Both the position numbers and the translations under genes were made by a program. The notes below the pieces were generated by a model, which had not been told where the DNA came from, did no database searches, and saw only the letters and a program-made list of their open reading frames with translations. A DNA stretch of 64,000 nt from Macrostomum lignano (lineage: Eukaryota), in the NCBI GenBank assembly GCA_002269645.1, contig NIVC01000130.1, positions 558,001 through 622,000 on the forward strand, written 5' to 3'. Positions 35,235 to 47,430 of the stretch are shown here, piece after piece; position 1 is the first letter of the stretch; every line of letters begins with the position of its first letter.

Positions 35235-35473
35235 TGTTAGAATGAACAAGTCGGTAGCCGATAGATTGCGAGGCGAGAAAACGAACGTGCCAAGCACAAT
35301 GTCTAACAACGATACAATTTATTGTAAGCGAGCAACAATATCAGCCACCCCAACCCCAGAGCTAAAACACCCACAGCGTACATTGAAGTTACACATGCAC
35401 GCACGGAGTTAAAATGACAAACGCAACAGCATGGAATAAAAACAACCCCAACCCTCAAGCACGAGACCCAACA
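35235..35473 (-). repeat. 5' LTR
   Basis: Direct repeat of 31050-31288. Confidence 0.96.
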
Positions 35474-36626
35474 ATAGCTATTAAACTCTGTTAATATTTG
35501 ACTGCCTTAACAACCTAACTTAGCAAAATTTTTCACTTTCTTCTTGGCGATTGTCATTCAATAATAAAAACTCGCTGGGAACCAGATCGAACAAGCAATA
35601 TGAAAAGGCCCACGGTTTTGAATTTTAACTGCCTTTAATTGTAAATTTTGTTCGAAACACATTTAGAGCAGGTGAAACAAAATGCATTAGTTAAAACAAA
35701 AAAAGCGTTTCGAAGGTAATAAATTTCACAGAATTACTTGAAAAAAGTTTTAACTTTAAATAGCACACGTTAGGCCTACTAGACCGGGCACTAAATGTAA
35801 TCGATACGAATTCAATATACATATGTGCACTTAAGTTTTTTCGTTTGACGTTTGACCTCGCCTTTAAAGTTAAAATTGGGCCAGCTGGCCCAGTTTACTC
35901 TACATTGTGCCGTAGGCCCGTTTAGAACTTTATGCCTCAAATTTAAATGGTTTAGTGCGGTTTATCTTAGTGGTTTCATATTTGTGGGTTAAAATTCTAT
36001 ATGGCTATGATGCAATAATCATTTGAAATATATTTTAGGCTGAGGCATTATAGGTAGCATCAATGCTATTATAGCAAGAGACAGAGACTGCAATTTACTG
36101 CAAATATATATAGTCTTGGCAATCTAATACAATCTTTAGCCTGTCTTTACAGCCTTACTTCCTTAGCTTTGGTGGTGGGTGAGGTCCACTAAGCTTTTGT
36201 TTGGTTGAAACATAGTACTTATCTTTATAGTACATTTTATTTAACTTAACTAGGCCTAGTTATTTAACTAGGGCCTAATGGTGATTGGTGAATGCCATTG
36301 GAGACTAGGCGTAGACCTTGAATTTAAATAGGTGTAAGCCTAAATAAATTTGAGAAAAAGTGACCCCTTATACATATTAACACCATGGCATAAATTCAAG
36401 TTTTTTTGTACTAGAAAAACATATATTTGTAATTGTAATATAGGGCATAGGCCTTGTATGTCAAACATTAGAGACCTTGGCCCTACCAAAACAGTAGGCT
36501 TATAATAGGCCCTAGGCCACCTATTGCAATAATAAAGAACCTTTTAACATTATGACAATAAAGGATTAAGAATAAGATTAGGTAAGACCCTTTTTGCATT
36601 ACAATAAAAGTCTAGGCCCAATATTT

Positions 36627-37689
36627 GAATCTGGTCCATTTCAGCGACAAACCATTACGGTGACACCCATTTGGGCAACAGGTCAATTCGGCAACAACCA
36701 TTTTGGTGACAATTCTTAAATAGGATTTTGAATGTTTTCTTATCTCATAGAAAAAGGACACTCTTAGGAATTGAATGCCTAAGTTTCAGACTTGCCTTAT
36801 TATATTATCTGATTGATATTTTCACTATCCCTCTGTCTGCACACGTACACAAATGTCATGAACATGTATATCATGTACATCATGTTTTGTCCAAGTGAAT
36901 ATCAGATCACCTACCCCATCTCTCTCGTCTAATCAAATCTAATCTCATTAGTAGACCTGGCTATAGTACAAGCGTATGTGGCAAAGTGGAATAATGGCAC
37001 AAATATGAGAGTGCACCACCATTGTGCTACTTTCAAAGTTCATCATGCATAATTCAAAGCAAGTCTTGCACTCTTGCAGCGTGCATAGTTGGTTGCTTAC
37101 ATGTATTACTCATTGGAGATCATAAGAACATGAAGCACGTTGTAGCTTGCAAAATAGGGAAAGAATATGAAGAAAAAGGTGCTAGGCCTATAAAAAATCA
37201 GTTGGTGTCATATGCTGACTTCTTAGTCAGCCAATCATATCTAGCTAGTTGTGTTATATGCAATGTCAGAGTTCGAAAAAGGCAGCAAGGGCTAGAGTGT
37301 GACGGATGTCATAGATGGCAGCATCAAACTTTAATTTAAGAACTTAATTGAACATTAACTTCTTATTGTAATTCATTCGTTTTACCATACTTTTGGTCTC
37401 TAAATGTCCATCAGTGTCCAGGTTTTATACTGTTGACGCATTGATTAAGTTTTACAATAAAAATTTTAACATAGTTTTAACAAAGATTTTAAAGTTTAAT
37501 GTAAAGTTTTGTACTATAATTCGTTTTAACAATATTTAAACAAAGGTTGTAAATTTGTGTAAGTTCTGAAATTTTTTGTTGCTATGAGATAAGAATACAT
37601 TCAAAATCCTGTTTAAGAATTTTCGCCAAAATGGTTGTCACCAAATTGACCTGTTGCTGAAATGGTTTGTTGCTGAAATGGATAGGTAC
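36627..37689. mobile_element. Non-autonomous Mutator-like (MULE) element with long TIRs and an internal PHD-finger fragment
   Basis: Imperfect TIRs 36635-36750 and 37582-37682, G...C termini, 9-10-bp flanking direct repeat (C)CCAATATTT; CVICNVRVRKRQQGLECDGCHRWQH at ~37250-37330. Confidence 0.75.
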
Positions 37690-40600
37690 CCAATATTTCA
37701 GTCTTTTATATGCCAAAAGCTATATTGTAGGGCCTATGCTGACTCTAGGCCTATGGTATGGTACAATTTCCCAATAGATTGTTCCATAGGCCTTATATTA
37801 AATATTTTATACCAAGTGATGCAGTATGCTTGGCTTAGGCCTAGCCTTAGCAGTCTCTTACAAGATAGGCCTAGGCTAAGCAGCAGATTGGCAAGGGGCT
37901 TGGTCCTAGTCTAGACTCTATTGCCGCATGTGTAGGTCTATAGGTAATGGCCAATTAATATATAACATCATCTCTTCTATAAATTGCAACTCAGAGATGG
38001 CATATAGGTCTAGGCTATTAGCTTGAAATTGCTCACATATTTAGGGAACTAGATAACCTAGCTAGGGCATTATGTAGGATATGATAATAGCAGGGTAGGC
38101 CTCTAAGCTTGCCTCACCTTATGTCTATAAGTAGCAATCATAGGAATAGCTTCTAGCTTATACCTTAGTACCATCTCAATTGCCAAGTAGAAAAAAGCCT
38201 ACCTTTAGGCTATTGGTGTCAAGCTGGTTGTTAAAGATAGAGCAGAGAAAATAGAAGGCCTACCATGCTAGCTGTAGTTGCTAACAATGGCATTTAGGTC
38301 AATGGCCAAGATGCCCAGATACTTAAATTAGTTGCATGGTTTTTTATGCAACTAATAATGATTTCTTACTAGAATAAACTTGCCCCTTTAACTTTATTTT
38401 CATATGTAGAAAAGTTTTCTAATTGTCTTTATTGTTCATAGAATAGTATAAGACAAATCATTATCATTATAAAGAACTCTAGGCCTTATTTCCAAGCAGT
38501 GCTTGTTTAAAATGGTGGGCTTCAGCCTCTTTAGAAATCATATAGCAATTAGAAATAATTATGGTATTTAGCTCTAGAAAGTCAATAAGAAGTAGACCAA
38601 TGTGAAAAAACAGTGTAAGCTTACATGGGCTACCTATGGCTGACCTAGTTTATCTAGCTACTATAAATTGTGGTACGCTTGTAGACCAGGAATAAGTCAC
38701 AAAAATACCCTTCCCAAAGAATATAGACAGAGTACACATTAGATGACAAGGCATTTAGCCTTAAAAAGATAGTTACTCATGCCATTTACCTAATATTGCA
38801 TTAATTTTTCTTTAGGGTTTTTATAGGTAAGTCACATGGCTAGTTTAAATCAGGGGGTTGTGCATGTATGAGTGTAAGTATCACCTTCTTGCAGTGTATA
38901 TCCTATTAAGCTTTTATGGGCAATATTGAACCTGTTGTCATATATTTTTTAGTATTGTTTTGTCTTTAGATTGAAATGTAGGATCTAGGTTTTATAGGTA
39001 GTGAAAATATGTTCACAAAAGATATTCTATCTACTTTGCTATTGGACAAGTTGCAAGTTGGCTTGGCAGATCTGTTGGCATTGCAGTGTTAGCTCTATGG
39101 TAAGTAGCCTTGGGACCCAATGAATTCTTAGCTTCAGAAAGTCTATGTTTGCCAGGCAATTTTGGATTGTAAATCTTGGAATCTGCAACCTATTAGTCAT
39201 CTTTCAAACTGTGAAATGAATATTATCCTTTAGAATATCCTAAAGTATTCAATTAGCCAAGTCTTAATACATAGGATGGTATAGACAATCTGATCTTGGT
39301 CAATTAGCAACATTAGTATATCTTGACCCAAAACTCCTCTACTTAGTGGTAGACAATACACTGGCTCACTGCATCTAACCCATGAACTGATGTCAAATAA
39401 GAATGGATCTCTGCACCTATCTTTCTGATGTTCCAAAGCATAAAAGTTCTATGCATTTAGCCTTCTTTTTATTATACATTTTACAATAATGTCAATAATT
39501 GCAAAAATCAAAACAATTGTCTAAGCAAATTTTTGCAAGGTGCAAACTGCAAAACAATTGTATTTGCTTATGATAGTGTATAAAATACTCAACATAGAAG
39601 GGATAGACAATAAAAGAGAGATATACTACTATATATTAGACCCATTTGTATATGCTTATGTATGCTGCAAACAAGATCTATATATAAAAAACTATATTAT
39701 GTACTTTACCTTTTACTATAAGACTATTAATAGCATTGTTACATGGTTTTTCATGTTTAACTTTTGAATAAAATGACCAAAATACAGACAACTAAATTAA
39801 TTAGAAAGAAGTGATATGCCACTTTAAAATGATACCAAAGTTGTGCTTGCAGCTATTACTGTTTTTTCTCTGGGATTATAGTGTCAGAACTTTTTGGATC
39901 TCCCTTGTGTATAATTTCCTTGAGTCACATTTGTAGTTATCAAAATTCTAGTTAGTTGTAACTTCTATTTTTTTCTATTCTAATAGAATAGTTTTAGTTA
40001 TAATTTAAACTAAAATATAATGTTTGAAAATTTAAACTTATAATTTTTTATGCCTTTTTTTCCTTCTCATTTGTTGTCTTTTAAGCTTTTTATTTTTATA
40101 GAAATTTTGTAACTTGCTGAGTCCTACACTAACAAAAAAATTATATTTTAGTGATTAGCTTTTTGTATAGAAATATTTGTGAAATAATAATAATTAGCAA
40201 TGGTCAATAAAGGGCTAGTCTTTTTAATGGAATTTTTAATATTTAATATTCAATTATAATTAGATTTGATTGAATAAATTAATGGTATATATGGCTCAAG
40301 TGCACTATATGCCTATTATTACTGTCATATAGAAATACATTTTTATTGCATTTTAACAATTGATTGTATACAATTATGATATGAATTTGTTTTTTCCATG
40401 GCAGACACTTCAGCATATGAAATTTTAGCCTTTTGTCAATAAAACTTTTAAACATATAACTTTGTTGCAAGGCAAAGGTTTCTTATAGTGGCTAGGTACA
40501 AAATCTAATAACATCAAACATTATATATTAAAATGCATTGATATTAAACTGCTTATGTATTTAGAAAATGCAAAAAAGTTGAATAAAAATCAACAACCTA

Positions 40601-41417
40601 CTAATCTACCATGACTATTGTTTTTTATGACATTGTTAATGTTAACGAATAATTTATATACAAAATGTCAATTAATAAACTTTCATAAAACCAGACTGAC
40701 CTCTTAACTAGACAGACTAGATACTATATTCATATATTTTATATCATGTGAAACTTAGACTTTTTGAACTTGTAAATTTAAGATTATCTTTCTTTTTATA
40801 ATAAGTGTATCTAAATTAGGATAAAGCTGGGTACCAATTTGGTATTGAAGGTCCAAAGTCTAAATGCCATGTCAAATGTTTAAAGTTTCTTTAGATAAGT
40901 CAAAGATTCCCTCATTTTTTATAGAAAACCCAGCTCAATTTTTAACTAGATTTCCATTGTAGCTATGGACTTGGCTATGGGAAGTTATAGATACAGATAC
41001 AGATATTAGCCACTTAAATAGCTAAGTCCAAAAAGACCAAATGTTGGAGCCTTGATATCATGCATGAAGATAAAGCAGTAGAAATGAATCAGTTTTTTTT
41101 ATAGATTTTGTGAGCAGAACCCTTAAGTTCTTTTGGCTTTGTTAGATAGGAGACTCAAGCAACTGAAATTTTCGACACAATGTGCTTGTTGTATGGTTGG
41201 GTAGGGGAGGGTTGAAGTTAAAAAAAATTCGCATTTTTTGTATAATAAATGAATTGTACATTAATGAGTGATAGGTTATAGTGAATGGTTGAACTTTTAT
41301 GCGAAGTTGTTAGTACAGTAAATTAATTCTAGGTGTAATTTTGGTTATAGTGGAACTCTAGTTCAAACTAATCTTCATCTCCCATACATGCGCGACCCCC
41401 CCCCCATTTACATCGGC

Positions 41418-41595
41418 CATGCAACTTATGAAAGAAAAATAATGTGTTTTAGGTAAAAGGCAAATGGCAGGAGTAACTATGACCGTATTTTTAAGGCTAC
41501 ATACATCGTCATCTAATTAGTTCTGTGCTTATTTTCGGATGGGCATTTTTGCGACTTAACTTGGCTCAGTTGGCTGCGGCCATCGTGAGCCACAA
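41418..41595 (+). repeat. Dispersed repeat copy B containing a 28S rRNA-like 60-mer (41462-41521)
   Basis: AAATGGCAGGAGTAACTATGAC + 22 nt + TCGTCATCTAATTAGT (20/22 and 16/16 to the remembered 28S consensus, same spacing); shares ATGCAACTTA upstream and GGATGGGCATTTTTG.GACTT downstream with copy A. Confidence 0.7.
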
Positions 41596-41704
41596 TATCG
41601 TATGCATAATTTATTAATAGTACTCCATGTTTTCAGGGCACAGAGCAATCGGTTTTTATGCGGCATCTATTTACCGAGGTTGGCAGCGCAGCGGTTTAGC
41701 AGCA

Positions 41705-44355
41705 ATGCTCTATCAGAGTCTATTGCTAATCATTTGTTGGCAATTGTGCTTCTGCTCGCCGGCAATTGTATCGGCGGCGGCAGCTGTAGCCGCTGCTAAA
41801 CAGTTGTCATGCGATTTCGATCAATATCACGCCTGCCAGTACACTCTGCAGGGATGGCTTATGGAGCCAGTTGAAAACACTGGCATTTTATGCGTTATAC
41901 CTCAGCGAAATGGTTATCTATTGTACGCCTTCACTCAGTACCCTACGGCGCATAGTTTGCACCTGTGCCTGCTATTTAATTATCGCCTGACCCCTGATAG
42001 ACGCGGCTGTATTGACGGCAGGCCTAGGCTAACTGTCGCTCTCGATTCAGACGTGAATTGGTCCTTGGAGACTGCAGATATTGACCCATCAGCTGACCTC
42101 GGCAATAGAAACAGCAACAGGGCTGGCTGGACTGGATCGCAGGTAAGAGTTCCATTTTTTAGTTCAAGCTTAAGAGTCTGTGCGTAATTGCTTGTTGAAT
42201 TAGTATCTATGATAATATGATTAATTAGCTGTGCAGTTCTCGAAGATAAATAGATAATGTCTATGGTAAAAGCAAGGATATGCGATCCTTGTCTGGACCT
42301 ACCTTTCTTCAATAGTAAAAGAAAGGATTAGCGGTCCTTGTCTAGACCCAATGGATTCGAAGGTCTTGTATGGTAATAGAAATGATTACCGGTCCTTGTC
42401 TAGTCTTACTGGATTAGAAGGTCTTCTATGGTAATGAAGTGATTAGCGATCCATGTCTATAATCACTGGATTAGAAGGTCTTCTATGGTAATTGAAGTGA
42501 TAAGCGGTCCATGTCTAGTCCTACTGGATTAGAAGGTCTTCTATGGTAATTGAAGTGATTAGCGGTCCATGTCTAGTCCTACTGGATTAGAAGGTCTTCT
42601 ATGGTAATTGAAGTGATAAGCGGTCCATGTCTAGTCCTACTGGATTAGAAGGTCTTCTATAGTAATTAAAATGATTAGCGGTCCTTGTCTAGTCCTATCA
42701 GATTAAAATGCTATGTTATAATCCTACCTATCCAGGTCTCCTTAAGCGTCCGTCGGAATCAGAGTAGATTAAGAATTGATGCATGCGGCGTCTGCTTGGA
42801 CAACTTGACAGCTTATGCCGGGCGTTGTCCGATTGATCCTGCCGAGCTGAACTGGGGCCTCCGCCTGGTGGCTGTGGACCCGCGCCTGTGGCTGGCTCCA
42901 TTTGTCGGCCTGTCCTGCGTCTGTCTGGCCGTCGGCCTAGCTCTGTCACTGTCGCTTTCTCGGCATCGACAACAGCATCGATCCAGTTCGTCGTTTTGTC
43001 GTTGTTGCTCTTCGACTTCTAGCGGCGAAGAGGATGCCGTTAATGCCGCCGTTCCTTCTTCGACATCATCCGCTGTCGAAGAGAAACGACGGCGTCGACA
43101 GACAACGCCGAGAACACCACCGCCGCCGCCGGTGCCGCGGATGTCTCAGCAGAGGCCGAATTCGCAGCTTCCGCTGCTGCCAGGCGGCCCAGGTGCTGGC
43201 AGAGACGACGGCGAGAGATCGGCGACGACTACGACGACCGCGCCTGCGGCTGCCGTTGGCGACAGTCCGAGCGATAATTCTCGGGTAGCTTTAAGACTGT
43301 CCGCGCATCACCACCAAACGGTTGGTTTAACTACTCAATGAGTGCTTTAAGATCTTGGGATTTGGAATGTGCGTTTAGCGAGCTGGATTTGGGATCAACA
43401 TTTTGGAATTCAGATTTTGGGATCATGATCTGGGGATTTGGGATCTGGGTATTTAAGATCCATATTTTGGGATCAAGATCTGGGGATTTAGGATTAAGAT
43501 TTTGAGATCAGGATCCGGGGATTTGGGATTAAGATTTTGGGATCAGGATCTGGTGATTTGGGATCGAGATTTTGGGATCAGGATCTGGGGATTTGGGATC
43601 AAGATTTTGGGATTAGGGTCCGAGGATTTGGGATTAAGATTTTGGGATTAGGGTCCGAGGATTTGGGATCAAGATTTTGGGATTAGGGTCCGAGGATTTG
43701 GGATTAAGATTTTGGGATCAGGGTCTGGGTGTTTAGGATCGGGATCTAGGAAATTTGGAATCTTGGTATTTAAAATCAAGATTTTGAGATCATGATCTGG
43801 GAATTTGCGATCTGGGTATTCAAGATCAAGATTTTAAGGTCATGATGATCTGGGGATTTGAGGTCGGGAATTTCGGGATCAATATTCATTGTTAGGCAAG
43901 GTGTTGTTTAAATTTATCAAGTCAAAATTTCTCATGTGCAGTCCATGGCTGCGGCGGCGGCGGCGGCTGCCCAGCTACCAGAAACGTCTGCATCAGCCTG
44001 CGGCAGTCGCTGCCACCGGCCGCTAAGCATCCCGGCCACGTGTACTTTTGTGATGTCGGCCGAACGTTTCGGCCCGCCGACGCCGACGCAGCCGACGTCA
44101 ACACCGACGCAAACTCCGACATCGGGCTCGGCTCCGCCGCCGGCTGCACAACGCCAGCACTCAACCAGCCTGTCTCTGTCCTGTCCAGGCAAAGATCTCG
44201 AGTGCTTTCGCGATCCCGACGCTAGCAGTAGCGAATGCGGCGACGAAGATGATGAGCAGACGGCTGCCAGTCGCCTGCTGGGCTCGGATGCTGGGGCGCC
44301 GACTGTGCCGCGTAGGTTCAGCCCGACTCTCTCGTCTGATCAGCGAGGCAGTTAA
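41705..44355 (+). CDS. Single-pass type I membrane protein with divergent MAM-like ectodomain and long disordered tail (~478 aa)
   Basis: Exons 41705-42142 (signal peptide, SCDFDQYHAC, CLLFNY), 42736-43320 (CLDNLTAYAGRC, TM LWLAPFVGLSCVCLAVGLALSLSL, PPPPPPVP) and 43942-44355; both introns phase 0. Exon 3 linkage uses a weaker GTTGGT donor, otherwise stop at 43341. Confidence 0.7.
42330..42700. repeat. 58-bp minisatellite, MAM-gene intron 1
   Basis: Unit starts at 42481 and 42539. Confidence 0.9.
43385..43880. repeat. Degenerate ~20/40-bp minisatellite (GGGATCAAGATTTT/GGGATC..GATCTGGGGATTT), MAM-gene intron 2
   Basis: Direct reading. Confidence 0.85.
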
Positions 44356-44369
44356 AATAGCTAAGATTA

Positions 44370-45135
44370 GATCATAGTCGCTAAGATTGTAACGGTTAGA
44401 TCATTCCGTTAAGATTAGATTATGATTACTAAGATTAGATTATAATCATTAAGATTAGATAATGACCGTTCAAATTAGATTAGATCATTATCGTTAAGAT
44501 TAGATCATAATCATTAAGATTAGATAATGACCGTTCAAATTAGATTAGATCATTATCGTTAAGATTAGATCATTATCATTAAGGTTAGATAATAATCATT
44601 AAGAATAGATCATAACCGTTAAGATTAGATCATAATCATTAAGATTAGATCATAATCATTAAGATTAGATCATAACCGTTAAGATTATATCATAATCATT
44701 AAGATTAGATCATAATCATTAAGATTAGATCATAACCGTTAAGATTATATCATAATCATTAAGATTAGATCATAATCATTAAGATTAGATCATAACCGTT
44801 AAGATTATATCATAATCATTAAGATTAGATCATAATCATTAAGATTAGATCATAACCGTTAAGATTAGATCATAATCATTAAGATTAGATCATAATCATT
44901 AAGATTAGATCATAACCGTTAAGATTAGATCATAATCATTAAGATTAGATCATAATCATTAAGATTAGATCATAACCGTTAAGATTATATCATAATCATT
45001 AAGATTAGATCATAACCGTTAAGATTATATCATAATCATTAAGATTAGATCATAACCGTTAAGATTAGATCGTAACCGTTAAGATTAGATCATAATCATT
45101 AAGATTAGATCATTACCGTTAAGATTAGATCATTA
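44370..45135. repeat. 20-bp minisatellite (AAGATTAGATCATAATCATT)n with 60-bp higher-order unit
   Basis: Lines at 44701 and 44761 are identical; the line at 44821 differs by one base. Confidence 0.95.
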
Positions 45136-45649
45136 AAAAATCGCTTCTGTTACTATACGGTAAACAATCCAAGTTACAAGTAATAAGAAAAAAATAGCAT
45201 TATATATATTAGTCTGAAGCACAATTTATACCTTCAAGATTTCTTTCTATTTGAGCACATTGTGTACTTACTGATTGTTTTTTACTTCTTAAATATCTCA
45301 ACTCAAATTACTTCTGCTGTCCTTGCTAATAAACATTGCTGGAATCTTCTGGCTTTTCTAACTTCATATTTTTTACCTTGTGTTATGATACTAATAGGTG
45401 TTGTCAGAGTAGATAATTGTTGCTTAATTTTTTTATTTTGTGTCTCATCTGCATTATTATTTAACTAATTGAGCTTTTTTCAAATGCTTTTAAAATAGAT
45501 GTTTTTTAAGTTACTTGCTGCTAGGCTGTTTAGTAAATTTAATTTAATTGTAAGTAATTGTAAGCAAAGGGGGCTCAACTTCTGCTAGTCTGTTTGATAG
45601 ATTAGGCATTGTGCTTGTTGAATTTGCTATTTTCACCGTTCCAGCTTGC

Positions 45650-45761
45650 ATCCATCTATCTATCCATCTATCTATCTCTCTCTATCTATCTATCCATTTA
45701 TCTGTCTATCTGTCTATCCATCTATCTATAGCTTAAAGCTTTCAGCTTCAGAGTTTAAAGA

Positions 45762-45793
<32 letters not shown>

Positions 45794-45795
45794 GC

Positions 45796-45837
<42 letters not shown>

Positions 45838-45880
45838 GTCTATCTATCTATCTATCTATCTATATATCTATCTATCTATC
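45650..45880. repeat. (TCTA)n microsatellite
   Basis: Direct reading. Confidence 0.95.
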
Positions 45881-46961
45881 ATTCACTCCTTGATTCACCA
45901 ATTAGGTTTATGAATTCATTTTTGAGAAAAAAGTAACTTTCCCTCGCTACTTTGTACCACTTAGCTTTCTCCCCTCTCCAGTTGCACGCAAAAATCTGTG
46001 CACTTTTTTTGCTCTCAACTCCCTCTTCCCCCCTTCAAGCCTTGCCATCCCAGAGTGAGAGAGCGAGCGGAACTTGGAAAAAAACACGGGTGGCGGCAGG
46101 CCGCAGGAGCGGCGTAGGCAGCACCCGCTCTCTCCCCTCTCTCCCTCTTTCCATTTCTGTACTTCTAGGAGAAATAAAATTGCCGCAAACTGCCGCTGTC
46201 ACTGTCGAGTTCGCCAGTCCGCGCTGCACACAAAAAACAGGCTCTGTCTTGCTGTGGCCGTCTGTCTGTCCACCCCTCTCCCCTTCTACGCTCCCCTGGA
46301 GACCACTCCGGCTGCTCTCTCCCCCTGGCCTGAGAATTCTCGGCATACTATAGCTATATCGATTTCTAAAAAAAAAATTCATATTGCAATTGATAATTGT
46401 TCGCCTAAAAAACGTTGTTCAATTATGTTCGTCCTTATGCTTTATTATATTTTATTAAAACAATCTTTCGTCCTATCTACTAACCTGCTTTCCTTTATCT
46501 ATAATTAATTTCATCTCTAATCCTGAGTCCTGGGAGTTTTCCTACACAGCTGGTGCCTGGTATTTTTTGGGGGGAGAGAAGTAACCAAGAGACAATGTGG
46601 CTGTGTCTCCCCTTCTACGTACGTCCGTTTTTAAGCCGGAATCCAATATTCACTCTGCACAGTTTAGAAATGCTGTACAAATGGCTAAGCCGCATCTAAG
46701 GGTGTTTTTTGGGGCGCTAGAGGTGGACTGAAACAATCCCTACCATAAGCCGCTGCTCTCGCCCTCGCGTGTGTCTGTCGTCCACCTGGCAAATGGCTGT
46801 CCGTTCCTCCTATTACTTCTATGCTAACTTAAGCCATCTAGGGGAAACAGTTGCAGTGCTGTGTGTACTTCTGTATTAATCTCACTCCTACCCAGTGTTG
46901 CCTGCAGTGTTGAATTTTTTATATTACTTTATAAAACTATATTAGTTTAATGATAATTTGA

Positions 46962-47430
46962 CGGCGCAGCTCTGCACCTATGCACCCACCCCACTCCCAT
47001 TTGATTCTATCAGTGGCCTGGCGCAGCTCTGCACCCACCCCACTCCCATTTGATTCTATCAGTGGCCTGGCGCAGCTCTGCACCCACCCCACTCCCATTT
47101 GATTCTATCAGTGGCCTGGCGCAGCTCTGCACCCACCCCACTCCCATTTGATTCTATCAGTGGCCTGGCGCAGCTCTGCACCCACCCCACTCCCATTTGA
47201 TTCTATCAGTGGCCTGGCGCAGCTCTGCACCCACCCCACTCCCATTTGATTCTATCAGTGGCCTGGCGCAGCTCTGCACCCACCCCACTCCCATTTGATT
47301 CTAGCAGTGGCCTGGTGCAGCTCTGCACCCACCCCACTCCCATTTGATTCTATCAGTGGCCTGGCGCAGCTCTGCACCCACCCCACTCCCATTTGATTCT
47401 ATCAGTGGCCTCCCACCCCACTCCTATTTG
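46962..47430. repeat. 49-bp tandem repeat, ~9 copies
   Basis: Unit starts at 47020 and 47069; nearly identical copies. Confidence 0.95.

Larger units (their letters stand above)
31050..35473 (-). mobile_element. Full-length compact (4424 bp) Ty3/Gypsy LTR retrotransposon, coding-disabled
   Basis: 239-bp TG...CA LTRs, PBS, PPT, gag-PR-RT-RH-IN order; near-TSD ATAAC/ATAGC. Confidence 0.96.

Noticed and set aside
35540-35700. Possible THAP remnant (CSKH-F)
   Set aside because: Single short motif requiring a frameshift; no supporting context.
38500-40500. Possible decayed transposase on the minus strand (VHGLDAVSQ; HRAN)
   Set aside because: Motif resemblance too weak and fragmented to support a call.
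28848-41521. Calling the two 28S-like 60-mers rRNA genes
   Set aside because: Only ~60 nt match at ~75% identity with non-rRNA flanks; reported as repeats instead.
43922-44192. Minus-strand ORFs overlapping the exon at 43942-44355
   Set aside because: The plus frame has a phase-matched acceptor and natural composition (poly-Ala, DEDDE); the minus frames lack splice support.
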